Source: a virus. Taken from it: a stretch of 64,000 nt of DNA. The notes beneath the pieces were generated by a model. The model was not told the origin of the DNA, did no database searches, and saw only the letters and a list, made by a program, of their open reading frames with translations. The stretch is taken from positions 22,306 through 86,305 of the IMG/VR virus record IMGVR_UViG_3300042908_001045; one strand, given 5' to 3'. Positions 38,426 through 47,070 of this stretch are shown one piece after another; within the stretch, counting starts at the first letter, position 1, and each line of letters starts with the position of its first letter. The translations under genes and the position numbers were made by a program.

Positions 38426-38772
38426 TATACGGACTCCGTCCAGTCAGATAAGCTGTTGTCAAAGAATATTGCTCTAACTCTTACGTAATAATTACCTGGT
38501 TGTATATTTTCGAAAGTAGTAAACAAATCTGTAGTTGTTCTAGTTTGCTCCCAAATTCCTTCTTGTCCTTTTTTGATTTCTGCTACATAGCCTATTACCC
38601 AAGGAGATACAGCATTATCTAATAATGGTTGTTGCCAAGACGCAAAAACGTTAAATAAATCAACTTCTACAATCGTAGGAATTCGTATACTAGATAAACT
38701 TATGTTTCTTGGACTAGCATTAGCGTTTGGAAGTGCTGTCTTAACTGGTAAATTATCAAATTCCCAAGTCAT
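38425..38772 (-). CDS. Stand-alone fibronectin type III domain protein A
   Basis: Paralog of 37988..38425; both start MTWEFD. Confidence 0.75.
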   Translation of the reverse strand: MTWEFDNLPVKTALPNANASPRNISLSSIRIPTIVEVDLFNVFASWQQPLLDNAVSPWVIGYVAEIKKGQEGIWEQTRTTTDLFTTFENIQPGNYYVRVRAIFFDNSLSDWTESV

Positions 38773-40709
38773 ACCATTCTCATCTCATCAATAAAAGTAT
38801 ATTTACTATCATCATACTCTGCTGCTGTAATTTCATGCATACCTTCTATTGTTTCAGTTACAGGAACTCTGTTAATTACTCTGTATTTTTTAGGTTTAAC
38901 GCTAGTTCCGGATAATATCCAGTTAGACTCAGGAAGTGGAATCATAGGAAAATTTGAAGATACTACAATCGTTGATATATCGCTTCCTGCCCCAGTAACT
39001 ACAGTTCTTTCCACCGCTGTTCCATTGCTTAAAGTAACACTGATTTTGTAAGACTCTCCTGAAATTAACGTTACTGGACTATCTAGCGTAACAGTGTTTT
39101 CTGTGGCTGCTTTGATTAATCCTCCATATCTCATCTCTACTCTTTGTGAATCTAAAATATTAATTACGTCTCCTGGTTTAATAAATGCAGCGTAAGCCCT
39201 AGCTTTAAAAATAACTGTTTCTTGTTCTAGTCTATCTCCCATTAAAATAGCTACTCCAGCTCGCCTTGCTTGTCCTCTAGAAGTACATGCAATTGCTTCT
39301 ACTTCTAGTTCTTTAATACCCCATTTCTGAATGCCGATAGGGTCTTCTACTACTTCTACTGTTTTCCTATAAAAATCATTTGGGTTAAGCCAGCTAACTA
39401 ATGCTATTGTTTTTTTACTTTTTAATCCAGTTCTAGCATAAGTAAACAAGCCTTCTTCTACATCAGCTTGCGTAAATTGATATGAAACATTTGTTGGCTT
39501 GTCAGCGACGAATGTTATCGCACCAGATTGCCAATAGCTAAATCCTCTAAAAATTGTTATTAAAGATTGCAATACTTGGTACGCTTCTGTTTTACTCTGT
39601 AAAGCTATATTGCATTGAAATCTATGTTCTGTACCACCGTATCCATCTGGTACTAATCCATTGCAATACTGGCTAATCTCATATAATCCCCACTTATCTA
39701 TTTGCCCAATATCAATATAGTCTCCAAGCCCATATCTTGTGTTTGTTAGTAAATCATAAAGAATCCATGCTGGATCAGAAACAGCAAGAGTTGAGTAAAT
39801 AAAACTTCCGTTCCAAGTTCCACTGTATGTTAATCCTCTTTGCGCTGTGACAGTAGCATTACTGGGTATTCTAATAAGCATGCCAAAAACTTTAAAAGCA
39901 GCTGTAGGAATAGATGAAAAGCCACTAGTATTAAATCCAAACGCAGCTATAGCAGTGTTGGGATAACGTAAAGTAGTTGAATTTATTTTTGTGTATCCAA
40001 TCCATTGCATTTGACGTTGATAACCTTGCTGCTGGGTTTCTTCATTGTCTACTGTAAAATTTTGCACTCTTAATGTTAAAGAAGATAATGTATTTGCAGG
40101 GACAGGAATTGCGTAGTCAAACTCAGTAGGAGACGGAAATCTACCACCTATCGTAGTAGATAAAACAGTCACAAAAGCATTGTTATCTTGTTTTAATGAA
40201 ATTGCAAAACTTAAATCTGCGCCAGTGGTATCTCCATTATCTGGATTAATTCGTTGTAGTTGAAAAGAAAACTTAAAAATTATTAAATTTAGTAAAGTTT
40301 CACCTGGTTGAATAAATATGGTTTTATTAACACCATTTGGAATTGATTGTAAAACTTGAGCTGAGACTGATTCTGGAGAAGCAACCTGATCAAATCCTGG
40401 AATTTCTGTTATAGCTGCTTGTGTTTGAGTGCCAGTTCTATATCCAAATTGAAAATCTTTAAAGTTTAAACTTCCATCATTGTTTTCTATAGGAGTTTCA
40501 TCAAGAAAAACATTTCGTAAAGGATTTGAGCCTAATCCTTCTATAGTGCCTTCACAAATAGCTCCAAGAATATAAGCAGAAGCAACACTTCTTCCAGTTG
40601 GTTTTTGAATGCTTGGTTTACCACCGCCTTTACCGCCGCCTTTACCGCCGCCTCCACCGCCGCCTCCACCTTGCCCAAATATTTTAATTTCTTTCTTTTT
40701 TTTAACCAT
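38769..40709 (-). CDS. Host specificity / central tail tip protein, lambda gpJ-like
   Basis: CEGTIEG, YRTGTQTQ, YPNTA, DPAWILYDLLTNTRYGLG, IDKWGLYEISQYC, ACTSRGQARRAG. Confidence 0.92.
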   Translation of the reverse strand: MVKKKKEIKIFGQGGGGGGGGGKGGGKGGGKPSIQKPTGRSVASAYILGAICEGTIEGLGSNPLRNVFLDETPIENNDGSLNFKDFQFGYRTGTQTQAAITEIPGFDQVASPESVSAQVLQSIPNGVNKTIFIQPGETLLNLIIFKFSFQLQRINPDNGDTTGADLSFAISLKQDNNAFVTVLSTTIGGRFPSPTEFDYAIPVPANTLSSLTLRVQNFTVDNEETQQQGYQRQMQWIGYTKINSTTLRYPNTAIAAFGFNTSGFSSIPTAAFKVFGMLIRIPSNATVTAQRGLTYSGTWNGSFIYSTLAVSDPAWILYDLLTNTRYGLGDYIDIGQIDKWGLYEISQYCNGLVPDGYGGTEHRFQCNIALQSKTEAYQVLQSLITIFRGFSYWQSGAITFVADKPTNVSYQFTQADVEEGLFTYARTGLKSKKTIALVSWLNPNDFYRKTVEVVEDPIGIQKWGIKELEVEAIACTSRGQARRAGVAILMGDRLEQETVIFKARAYAAFIKPGDVINILDSQRVEMRYGGLIKAATENTVTLDSPVTLISGESYKISVTLSNGTAVERTVVTGAGSDISTIVVSSNFPMIPLPESNWILSGTSVKPKKYRVINRVPVTETIEGMHEITAAEYDDSKYTFIDEMRMV

Positions 40710-40739
40710 TTGTTTTATTTTTTAAACAAAAAAACTAGA

Positions 40740-41318
40740 TTATGCTGGAATATAAGCACTACTTATTTTAGCCGAAATAACATAAAAACCAGAAATCATG
40801 ATACCGTAAATGATTGGTACTCTACCGCCTTCCTGTGTGTTAGACTGTATTCCACCAAAAGTTTCACTACTTTTTTCCGGCTCTTCTTTGGCTGGTTTGA
40901 ACAAAGATGCAATACCTGCAAACAGTAACACGGCTCCCATCAAAATCGTCCAACTAGAAGTAAAAAACTTAGTTCCCCAAATTAGAACTCCACCTGGCGC
41001 AACTATTGCTAGAGTAAACAGTGCTGCTGCGCCTACCCACATCCACCAGTTATCTCCACTTCCGGAAATCACGGGAATAATTCTAATACTACGCACTTTT
41101 TTTGAAATAGGACAATATAGTTTTTCTCCATGAACATCTTCATACCCAACTACTATTCTATACATCACTCCACGTTTTTCGGCTTGTTGTAAATAATTTA
41201 AAAAATTGCTAAAATTGGCTTTTAAAGCTCGCATTAATTCGGCAATAGATTGTATAGCCAGTTCAATTTTATCTGTAAAAATATCGGCTAATTCACCTTC
41301 TAGAGAGACTGTAATCAT
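40740..41318 (-). CDS. Tail assembly protein, lambda gpI-like
   Basis: IIPVISGSG, hydrophobic middle, NTQEGGRVPIIYG...VISA. Confidence 0.88.
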   Translation of the reverse strand: MITVSLEGELADIFTDKIELAIQSIAELMRALKANFSNFLNYLQQAEKRGVMYRIVVGYEDVHGEKLYCPISKKVRSIRIIPVISGSGDNWWMWVGAAALFTLAIVAPGGVLIWGTKFFTSSWTILMGAVLLFAGIASLFKPAKEEPEKSSETFGGIQSNTQEGGRVPIIYGIMISGFYVISAKISSAYIPA

Positions 41319-41649
41319 GAGTTATCCAACCATTCCTTTTATTCCCAGCTGGGATAATACAAAAACAGAACAATCAAATTTGATTGTAACTAAGTTTTTG
41401 CCTAATGCTGTTGAAGCAAGGGCATTTAAGACCAAAATTAATACCACAAATGTTACTTTCGCCGTGTCTGGAAATATTACAAATGCAACTGAAGTGGACA
41501 ATTTTCTAAGACAGCGTAATGGGAAAGCATTTAAAATAGAAGGTAGCGACGAACTATATCATTGCACAGAATGGACAGTGCAAATATTAGCAGATAATGT
41601 AAATGCGTTTTCTGCAACATTTGAACAAGTAAGGAGTTTTGCAACATGA
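41317..41649 (+). CDS. Minor tail protein, lambda gpM-like paralog B
   Basis: MSYPT...VDNFLRQRNGKAF...YHCTEW...FSATFEQV; ATGA-coupled to gpL. Real start is ATG 41317 (track extends it to 41206). Confidence 0.8.
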   Translation: MSYPTIPFIPSWDNTKTEQSNLIVTKFLPNAVEARAFKTKINTTNVTFAVSGNITNATEVDNFLRQRNGKAFKIEGSDELYHCTEWTVQILADNVNAFSATFEQVRSFAT

Positions 41650-42353
41650 TTCCAAATTTAATGACATTAAACCCTGATGCTTTTATAGAATTATATGAAG
41701 TGTATAAATACGATTTAAATGACAAAAATAAAGAAGAAGGAGACCCATCTATTAAAACAATTAGAATTTGTAATGTTGGCATCGATGAAGACAGTCCGTG
41801 GGTAAATTTCGAAGGAGATAAATATTATGCTATTGGCTGTCAAGGAGAAGGATTTGACTTAATTGGACAAGGAGCTATCCCAACTCCAAGTTTAACTGTA
41901 TCAAACGTTGGTGGTATATTGACTGCTTGGCTAAAGCAAAGTAGACAACCTGGTTACAGGCTAGAAGGAACTTTAGTTAAAAGACATGTGACCCAAAAAC
42001 GGTTTTTAGATGGACAAATTGATGCAGGCGCTGGAGTAAAAGAGTTGCCTGTACAAACTTACGTAATTGAACAATTAACAGAAGAAAACTACAATAACGC
42101 CAAGTTCAGATTAGGGTCTCCTTTTGATGTTGAGGGAATCACTTTGCCAGCTAGAGTAATGGTGCGTAAATGTACTTGGATATATCGCAGTTCTGAATGT
42201 GGATACGCAGGCAGTGCTAAATACACAATAACTAACCAGCCTACTAATGACAGTAATGCTGACATTTGTGCAAAAACTTTAGCAGCTTGTAAATTAAGAT
42301 TTCCAGGACAACCTTTACCGTACGGTGGGTTTCCTGGATTAAATACTTACTAA
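41646..42353 (+). CDS. Minor tail protein, lambda gpL-like
   Basis: IELYE, PTPSLTVSN, RFLDG, CTWIYRSSECGY...C.K.L.AC.LRF..LPYGGFPG (Fe-S cysteines). Confidence 0.92.
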   Translation: MIPNLMTLNPDAFIELYEVYKYDLNDKNKEEGDPSIKTIRICNVGIDEDSPWVNFEGDKYYAIGCQGEGFDLIGQGAIPTPSLTVSNVGGILTAWLKQSRQPGYRLEGTLVKRHVTQKRFLDGQIDAGAGVKELPVQTYVIEQLTEENYNNAKFRLGSPFDVEGITLPARVMVRKCTWIYRSSECGYAGSAKYTITNQPTNDSNADICAKTLAACKLRFPGQPLPYGGFPGLNTY

Positions 42354-42583
42354 CTCTCTAAGTTTTGCTTTTTACGAATTAAATTAGAGTAAATTTCTAT
42401 CCTATTTAAAAGTTCTAATTCTTTGGATAATCCATCTCTAATTAATCTGTTGGCAATAGAACTAACAGACTCACCAGACTGCTCAGACATAATTCTTAAT
42501 ACAGCTAAAACGTCTTTGGGTACCGAAACTGAAAATTGTTGCATATTTTTAGATAAAGTGTAATTACTGTAAGCATACAGCAT
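42350..42583 (-). CDS. Ribbon-helix-helix (CopG/Arc-like) regulator
   Basis: FSVSVPKDVLAVLRIMSEQSGESVSSIANRLIRDGL; divergent from the FtsK operon. Confidence 0.65.
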   Translation of the reverse strand: MLYAYSNYTLSKNMQQFSVSVPKDVLAVLRIMSEQSGESVSSIANRLIRDGLSKELELLNRIEIYSNLIRKKQNLES

Positions 42584-42613
42584 ATATAATCTAAATAAAA
42601 AGGAGATGCAACA

Positions 42614-42898
42614 GTGTCTATATTTGCTACCAAGAAGTTTTTACCATTGCCTGAGGTTGAGCCTGAAAGAGAAATGTGTCCTTTAGATTTTCAGGAGAAG
42701 TGGGGATTAACAATAAATGAGATGTCTTATGTATTGGGAGTTTCACCTCATACATATAAACACTGGAGAGCGAGAAAAGGGACAAAATCTCATAATGAGA
42801 TTCCTACAAGCCAGAAATTGCACTGTAAGGCATTAGATCAGCTTTGGAGTATAAGTGGTATGCCTAACGTTAGAGTGCTTGCTAAAAAGTATCTTTAA
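42614..42898 (+). CDS. HTH protein
   Basis: PLDFQEKWGLTINEMSYVLGVSPHTYKHW; AGGAG RBS. Confidence 0.65.
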   Translation: MSIFATKKFLPLPEVEPEREMCPLDFQEKWGLTINEMSYVLGVSPHTYKHWRARKGTKSHNEIPTSQKLHCKALDQLWSISGMPNVRVLAKKYL

Positions 42899-43008
42899 GA
42901 TACTTATTTTGCATCTTGTTTGTACTTGTGCTTCTTTATAGTGGTTGTTATTCTTTATCTATTCCGAGTTAATTCCGGAATCAATCTAGAAATAGGATAA
43001 CAACCATT

Positions 43009-43392
43009 ATGACAGAGGTGCTATGCACAACATTAAAGAGACGGTATAGAACAAAAAAGTACAGACCAGTTGACATATTATTAGGTGATTTATCAAGAGA
43101 AGAAGTTGCGAAACAATTGCATATGACTTCTCGTACACTTCAAGAATTGCTGAGATTAGCAGCTCAACATATAGAAGGCTTTGATAAATATCTAAATGAC
43201 GAATGTCGGCTAAATGGTCACCCTATTAAATATCAACATGAACTTGATTTAATAGCAGAAATTTACCGGCTAAGGAGCAGATATAAAGGAGTTAAGGATG
43301 GCTCTTTAATGCTTAAAGAAGACCTAATTAATTTAAACGAAAAGTACAAGCAACAAATTAAGGAACAAGAAGATGAACAAAATCAGGATTAG
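43009..43392 (+). CDS. Putative HTH DNA-binding protein
   Basis: LSREEVAKQLHMTSRTLQ. Confidence 0.6.
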   Translation: MTEVLCTTLKRRYRTKKYRPVDILLGDLSREEVAKQLHMTSRTLQELLRLAAQHIEGFDKYLNDECRLNGHPIKYQHELDLIAEIYRLRSRYKGVKDGSLMLKEDLINLNEKYKQQIKEQEDEQNQD

Positions 43393-43966
43393 AGATGTAG
43401 CAGATCGTTGTGGATGGACACCGAAAGAGTTGTTCATCAGGCTGAATAAAGAACCAGGAATTAACGTCAAAACAATTAATGACGAGTTTCCTGAGTTAGA
43501 AGAAAAATCGCAGTTATGGTTAGATATTCAAGCTGCAATTAAGCTAGATAACGATACGTTTGAAGAGCCTATTGCAGCTATGCCAGAAGGCGCGATAACA
43601 GAAGCGGAAATGGTAGAGACAACACTAGTTAAGTCTCAGACTATCCAACAAGTATTACAAGCAGCGACAGAAGACACGGGCAGGCAACATGCTCAAATAG
43701 CTGGTGCTATTGGAGGAACACGTAATGCCTTGGCGTATATTGAGTCTACCCAAGCTGCTTATCAAAAGATTATCGAGTCTCATCTAGATGCTCAATTTGC
43801 TGTGACTAGTGACCTATTAGAAAGTGCAAAAAAAGAGCATTTGAATCTTTTAGATAATTGTCAAGAAAGACTCAAAAATGTGTATGAGTTAAGGCAAAAG
43901 CTAGAGCAGAAAAGAAAAGAGATGGCTCAAATATGCAACACAATTACCAACACCAAATTGAGTTAA
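43373..43966 (+). CDS. N-terminal HTH-like plus coiled-coil protein
   Basis: IRIRDVADRCGWTPKEL; heptad-rich C-terminus. Confidence 0.6.
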   Translation: MNKIRIRDVADRCGWTPKELFIRLNKEPGINVKTINDEFPELEEKSQLWLDIQAAIKLDNDTFEEPIAAMPEGAITEAEMVETTLVKSQTIQQVLQAATEDTGRQHAQIAGAIGGTRNALAYIESTQAAYQKIIESHLDAQFAVTSDLLESAKKEHLNLLDNCQERLKNVYELRQKLEQKRKEMAQICNTITNTKLS

Positions 43967-44271
43967 GAAATATTGACTTAGTTTGTTTACAGCAGTATGT
44001 CGAGTTGGTTTATTTAGAGCAGCTGCACCTTGCGGTTGAGCTAGGACAATTGCAAATGTTTAATTACATTATTCAGAAAAGAAAGGAGTTCATTAAAGCC
44101 ATGTTAGATGCAGCGTTAAGTACTGTATTAAGCAGTGGATTTTTAGGAGCAGCTAGCTATATTGCTGTAGCTACAGCAATTGTTAATCCTGTTGCTTTGA
44201 CAGCCATTGGAGTTGCAGGAATTGCAGCTGGTGTTTACTTACAAATTAAACAAATTAAGGGAGCAAGATAA
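43933..44271 (+). CDS. Small membrane protein
   Basis: Hydrophobic C-terminal hairpin; true start may be ATG 44101. Confidence 0.55.
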   Translation: MQHNYQHQIELRNIDLVCLQQYVELVYLEQLHLAVELGQLQMFNYIIQKRKEFIKAMLDAALSTVLSSGFLGAASYIAVATAIVNPVALTAIGVAGIAAGVYLQIKQIKGAR

Positions 44272-44507
44272 TGAGTCGGTACGGTAAGATTGAACGAAAA
44301 GAAGTAGAAGAAAGCTATGAAATTGATGGCTTAAAAACAAGAACAAGGATTACATATAAAGAGCCTGAAACTAGTCAATTTGCACAAAACGTAGCTGTAC
44401 TGGCTACATCTGCTGCAATTATATCAGCATCATTAACAGCTCCAATTGTGGCTGTAAAAATTGCAGACGCAGTTATATCATCTCACAATACTCAGTGTCA
44501 AAAATGA
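44271..44507 (+). CDS. Small membrane protein
   Basis: VAVLATSAAIISASLTAPIVAV hydrophobic stretch; TAATG coupling. Confidence 0.6.
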   Translation: MSRYGKIERKEVEESYEIDGLKTRTRITYKEPETSQFAQNVAVLATSAAIISASLTAPIVAVKIADAVISSHNTQCQK

Positions 44508-44896
44508 ACTTTTTTTCAGTTTTTTTATCTGCTGCTAATGACAAAATGGAAGACTTCATATATGGGAATAAGTCTATATTTCCATATATCTATGAGGTTT
44601 CTGAAAGAGAATTAGAAGCCATGAGAAAAGATGTTTCTGAATCTCAGGCTAATGCAGCTAGAGCGATCCAATATCTCAAACTTGTTGGAGAGAAAGTAGA
44701 TGCGGTAAAAGCTGTGGCTGATGCAAACCAGCAACTAGAAATGAAGTTAATTAATACTTCAAAGTACATGGCAAACAAATTTGAAACAATGAAAATGCCA
44801 AGGAGAGAATACAGAAAATTAACGGCTAAAAAGAAACTCCATCCAAAGTATCTCATTGAAAGAAGTGCATCAGCAATTGTTAAAGAAATATTATAA
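44495..44896 (+). CDS. Coiled-coil hypothetical protein
   Basis: Operon-coupled ORF; start may be ATG 44504. Confidence 0.6.
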   Translation: MSKMNFFSVFLSAANDKMEDFIYGNKSIFPYIYEVSERELEAMRKDVSESQANAARAIQYLKLVGEKVDAVKAVADANQQLEMKLINTSKYMANKFETMKMPRREYRKLTAKKKLHPKYLIERSASAIVKEIL

Positions 44897-44905
44897 CGAG
44901 GAATT

Positions 44906-45157
44906 ATGAACGACGAAAAAAGCGATTTACAGCATCATGCTCATTGGATGTTTATTGCGAACCAAGCACTAGTAATTGTAGCTATTGGTGCTTTTACTGG
45001 ATATTTATCTAGATATTATCCACCAACAAGTCCGGTGGTAATGACATTGATTAGCTTTGCTTTAATTTGGGGTGCTTTATTTCCCGCAATTAGGAAAATG
45101 CTAATGCTAGTTGGATTGTTTTACGCATTAGGACTAGTAGTATCTCACTTAAACTAA
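44906..45157 (+). CDS. Small 3-TM membrane protein
   Basis: Three hydrophobic segments in 83 aa; GAGGA RBS. Confidence 0.65.
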   Translation: MNDEKSDLQHHAHWMFIANQALVIVAIGAFTGYLSRYYPPTSPVVMTLISFALIWGALFPAIRKMLMLVGLFYALGLVVSHLN

Positions 45158-45158
45158 T

Positions 45159-46964
45159 ATGGCATTAACACTTTTTAGGAAAAAACCACAACAACACAAG
45201 CAATTTGTGTTAAGCCCAAGCATTTTGTATCAGCTAATATTAGTTGGCTTTTTAACTGTTGCTCCAGCTGCAACTAGTTGGAGGCAACTGAAAGAAATCC
45301 GGCTTGGGTCTTCTGCAATAGCAGTTTTATATTCTATAGCTTTGTTGAGTAAAACACAAAGCCAAATTGATGAAGCTGATAGACTGACCATGGAAAAAGA
45401 GCATTATAGAACTGCTTATTATAATGCTTCTGGTAGAAAATATGAGGAATTAGAAGCGACGTTAATTCCAGTTGAACCATTGGCATTGCCAGAACAAAAA
45501 TCTCATCCACTAGAGCAAGCACTTTTCAATCTCGGTGTTGAAGCCAATGTTTTAGAGGAAGTTGACTCACCTAGCTTCACTAGAGTTAAAATAACACCTA
45601 GTAGTAAAGTGCCATTTAGTAAAGTAGCTGGATTAGGTGACACATTGCAGGTTAGCCAAGGATATGAGAATACTCCATTGATAACGCCTCAGAAAGGACA
45701 TATTGCTATTGATATTCCAAAATCAAGTCAAGAGCGTAAATTCTGCGAATATTCTGACTATTCTGGATATTTAAATAGCAATTCATTCACTGTTCCAATT
45801 GGAGTTAATATTGACAACAACTTAGTTGAAGTTGATTTATCATCTCCGGTTTCAGCACATTTGCTAGTAGCTGGAAGTACTGGAGGAGGAAAAAGCGAGT
45901 GGATGATAGCAGCCATTTGTAGCTTACTTACTAGGTTTAATTCAAGTGAAGTTCAACTATATTTAGTAGACCCTAAGTTAGTTGAATTTACCAAGTTTCA
46001 AGACTATCAACAAGTAACATTGATTGATAGAACTGAGATGGCTATTCAAACATTAAAAGTGTTGTGTAATACCATGCAAGAAAGATATGAACTATTCAGG
46101 AGAAGTCGGTATAAAGATTTGGCTGAATACAATAGATACCATTCAAAATTACCAAGAATAGTTATCTTTTTTGATGAATTTAGTGCTTTTGTTTGCGGAG
46201 AATCTAAAAACGAATTCAACGCAGCACTAGCAGAGATTGCACAGAGAGGTAGAAGTGCTGGATTACACTTAATCTTAGCTACACAACGCCCTGATGCAAA
46301 TGTAGTTACACCATTGATACGCAGCAACATTACTGCGAGAGTGGCGTTCAAGACTATTCAATCTCAGGACAGTAAAATTATTCTTGGAGCAGAGATTGGA
46401 GGTTTTGATTCTAGTAAATTACTAGGCAAAGGAGACTTGATTTTTACTAATGGAGGAAACGTTCAAAGACTGCAAGGATTGTATGTTAATGATTGCAATT
46501 TATTATTAGCAAATGTTGATACCAAAGTATTAACAAATGAGGCTTCACCATGGAGCAACGAGGGGCTTCACCCATATTCAAGAGAAGCTAGTGAGGAAGA
46601 TACAGGTGAAGCTATTAGTCCTTTAGCTGAAATGCCGTCAAATCAAGGTTTTATGCAACCAAGTTCCAAAATACTATCATTGGTGAAGCTAAAAATAGCA
46701 GAACTAAAGTCTGAGTCAGTTGATGCTACAGAGCCGTTATTTAATGAAATTTGGGGGTTAACGACAGAAGAGAAGCTAGTAGCACTCAGATATTTATTAA
46801 ACCAAAAAATAGGCAAAGAAAATGCAATTTCTATTCTATGGAATCGCAGTTCAGGAGGTAAACATCATTCCAGATATCAAGATTGTTCTAATACTTATGA
46901 AGCCATGATTACTGCTTTAAAACAACAAGGATTTTCTAATGAAAATTGTTGGGGATTTAATTAA
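45159..46964 (+). CDS. FtsK/SpoIIIE (TraB-like) DNA translocase with N-terminal TM segments
   Basis: HLLVAGSTGGGKS, LVDPKLVEF, IVIFFDEF, IAQRGRSAGLHLILATQRP, IRSNITARVAF, LLGKGDL. Confidence 0.92.
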   Translation: MALTLFRKKPQQHKQFVLSPSILYQLILVGFLTVAPAATSWRQLKEIRLGSSAIAVLYSIALLSKTQSQIDEADRLTMEKEHYRTAYYNASGRKYEELEATLIPVEPLALPEQKSHPLEQALFNLGVEANVLEEVDSPSFTRVKITPSSKVPFSKVAGLGDTLQVSQGYENTPLITPQKGHIAIDIPKSSQERKFCEYSDYSGYLNSNSFTVPIGVNIDNNLVEVDLSSPVSAHLLVAGSTGGGKSEWMIAAICSLLTRFNSSEVQLYLVDPKLVEFTKFQDYQQVTLIDRTEMAIQTLKVLCNTMQERYELFRRSRYKDLAEYNRYHSKLPRIVIFFDEFSAFVCGESKNEFNAALAEIAQRGRSAGLHLILATQRPDANVVTPLIRSNITARVAFKTIQSQDSKIILGAEIGGFDSSKLLGKGDLIFTNGGNVQRLQGLYVNDCNLLLANVDTKVLTNEASPWSNEGLHPYSREASEEDTGEAISPLAEMPSNQGFMQPSSKILSLVKLKIAELKSESVDATEPLFNEIWGLTTEEKLVALRYLLNQKIGKENAISILWNRSSGGKHHSRYQDCSNTYEAMITALKQQGFSNENCWGFN

Positions 46965-46991
46965 TCCAGTGATAAAGCTATTTCTGCCGTA

Positions 46992-47034
46992 TTTCCAAGG
47001 TAATTCGGTCTTAATTCCAGAATTATCTTGGAAA
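46992..47034. repeat. Inverted repeat at the end of the FtsK operon
   Basis: TTTCCAAGGTAATTC...GAATTATCTTGGAAA (14/15). Contains TTAATTCCAGAAT, also found as TTAATTCCGGAAT at 42969..42981. Confidence 0.7.
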
Positions 47035-47070
47035 GTCCCGTAAATATCAATTACGTATAAGGTAAAAATA

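Noticed and set aside
45159-46964. FtsK/HerA as the genome packaging ATPase
   Set aside because: Terminase and portal are present, and this protein has TM anchors and a plasmid-like context.
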